Shown here one piece after another: positions 62,608 through 64,000 of a DNA stretch of 64,000 nt. The notes beneath the pieces were generated by a model, which saw only the letters and a list, made by a program, of their open reading frames with translations, was not told the origin of the DNA and ran no database searches. This DNA comes from Octopus sinensis (lineage: Eukaryota), in the NCBI RefSeq assembly GCF_006345805.1, contig NC_042998.1, positions 192,820,001-192,884,000 of the forward strand. The letters run 5' to 3'. Within the stretch, counting starts at the first letter, position 1, and the number at the start of each line of letters is the position of its first letter. A program made the translations under genes and the position numbers.

Positions 62608-64000
62608 TTCAAAGACAGTTGTTCCCATAAATTCTAAGATAAAATTAATGATTTTTGGCGGGTCAAAGTTGCGAACAAAAACATGAAAGTAGACACATGA
62701 AAGGAAACCTGTGAGAAACATTATTTTGACAAGAGAATAGGTAACAGAGAGAGAAAGAGAGAGAGAGAGAGAGACACGTCTGGTCTTTTGAACGTCTCTG
62801 CAGGAAAAGAAAGGTGGTCACGTGAGGAAAAGAAGGATGGACGATGGCCACGTGTGAGTAACGAGAGAGAGAGAGAGAGAAAAAAGGAGAAGGGGGGGGG
62901 AGAGATAGAAAATGGTGAGGATGGAGGGGGAAAAAGGGCATTAGAGAAGGATGGGGGAAGAAAACTATAGTGAGTCGCATCAAAACGGTAAAGATAACTT
63001 ACTTGGAAATGGATATATATCATTCAACTAGTGCAGTAGTTGAATAAAGCCGTAATTTACTCACATGCAGCATCTTTCAGAGCTTTTCGCTAATTCAGTT
63101 CTTAGCCAAATTGAAAACTGTTAACATTTTTGATGAGGACTAGTCCCGAGCTACATTTTAGCATTAAAAAAATTGAGATTTGGTCCAGTTTACTTCAAAA
63201 TGTGTAGCAACTTTATAGGAGAGTAAATAACGCCCCCAATCATGTTTAGAATAAAAAAATTTTTTTATTTTAAAAGCAAAATATGTTTATCTTAGCTTTC
63301 AATGATGGAAGAAAGCATGAGGAATTTCATAGTTTTTGTCCCATGCAAGAAAAATATGTATCAAAAAAGTTGTGAGGTAAAATATAAGAAAGGTATAAAA
63401 TTGGATTTAAGTATAATTAACTTTTTTTATTTTAAAAACAAATATTTTAATTAAGCTTAAATGACAGAGCTCAATTCAAGGAATTTCATGCAATGAAGTT
63501 TTAAAAGAAAAAAGTTATGAGTGTTTGTTTCTCAAATTTGAGGGTGATAGTATCGTTCTATACTTTTTTTATGAAGATAGTTCTATATGGGGACTTTTAA
63601 TATACGTCACCGACATCATTGAGGTAAGGAAAAAATTATCAACGACACCGCTATTTGACACATTATTAATTAGCATAATAGCTTAGCCTGGAAAAAAACA
63701 TGGATTATATGCAAAAATGCGAGCAAGGGCAATAATATTCTTAAGATTATAAACCTGGAAACGTTCATAAGTTATTACATCTGGTAGAGTACAGAAGAAG
63801 AAAATTTTTACTTAAAATATTGCAGCTGAGGATATAATTTGAATATTAAAAATTATTTGATTTTAATTTACAAAGTAACATTATAATTAAAAAAAGGTAC
63901 TGTCATTTTGTTAAAATATTGACACACTAGAATATTTTTAAAATGAGAGCCAGAAGTACCAATATAGGTAAAGTTTTATGCAAAGTAGAATAGTATATAT

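Noticed and set aside
63130-63155. TTGATGAG-GAC-TA-GTC-CCGAG
   Set aside because: Lacks GAAA and helices I and III; probably a chance match.
1-64000. CRISPR arrays, rRNA or prokaryote-like operons
   Set aside because: None seen; repeats are dispersed SINEs, MITEs and microsatellites without regular unique spacers.

Overview
Very AT-rich eukaryotic DNA dominated by (TA)n/(TG)n/(TATG)n microsatellites and transposon debris. It is most probably from an octopus (coleoid cephalopod). This is an inference from tRNA-derived SINE families resembling the octopus OR/OK-type SINEs and from the microsatellite load. No complete host gene is present. Most of the ORF track is microsatellite or SINE artefact. 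Supported content: four tRNA-SINE families (about 20 copies, several with TSDs, two inserted as dimers); four decayed CR1/Jockey-group LINE fragments; a Penelope-like (PLE) RT/GIY-YIG fragment; a full-length but dead mariner; four copies of a GGATC-ended MITE with 8-bp TSDs; four non-autonomous Helitrons; and several long fold-back palindromes. A CpG-rich non-repetitive block (about 21.2-23.6 kb) looks like the promoter, 5' UTR and first coding exon of an unidentified + strand gene, whose intron may fill the rest of the window. The main unexplained signal is a set of about a dozen hammerhead-ribozyme (HHR) motifs from different small elements. Five are type I folds with canonical cores, several are core variants, and one (62541-62607, minus strand) has a canonical core and three complementary helices whose segments lie in a non-circularly permuted order. 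All RNA folds were paired by eye, not computed.
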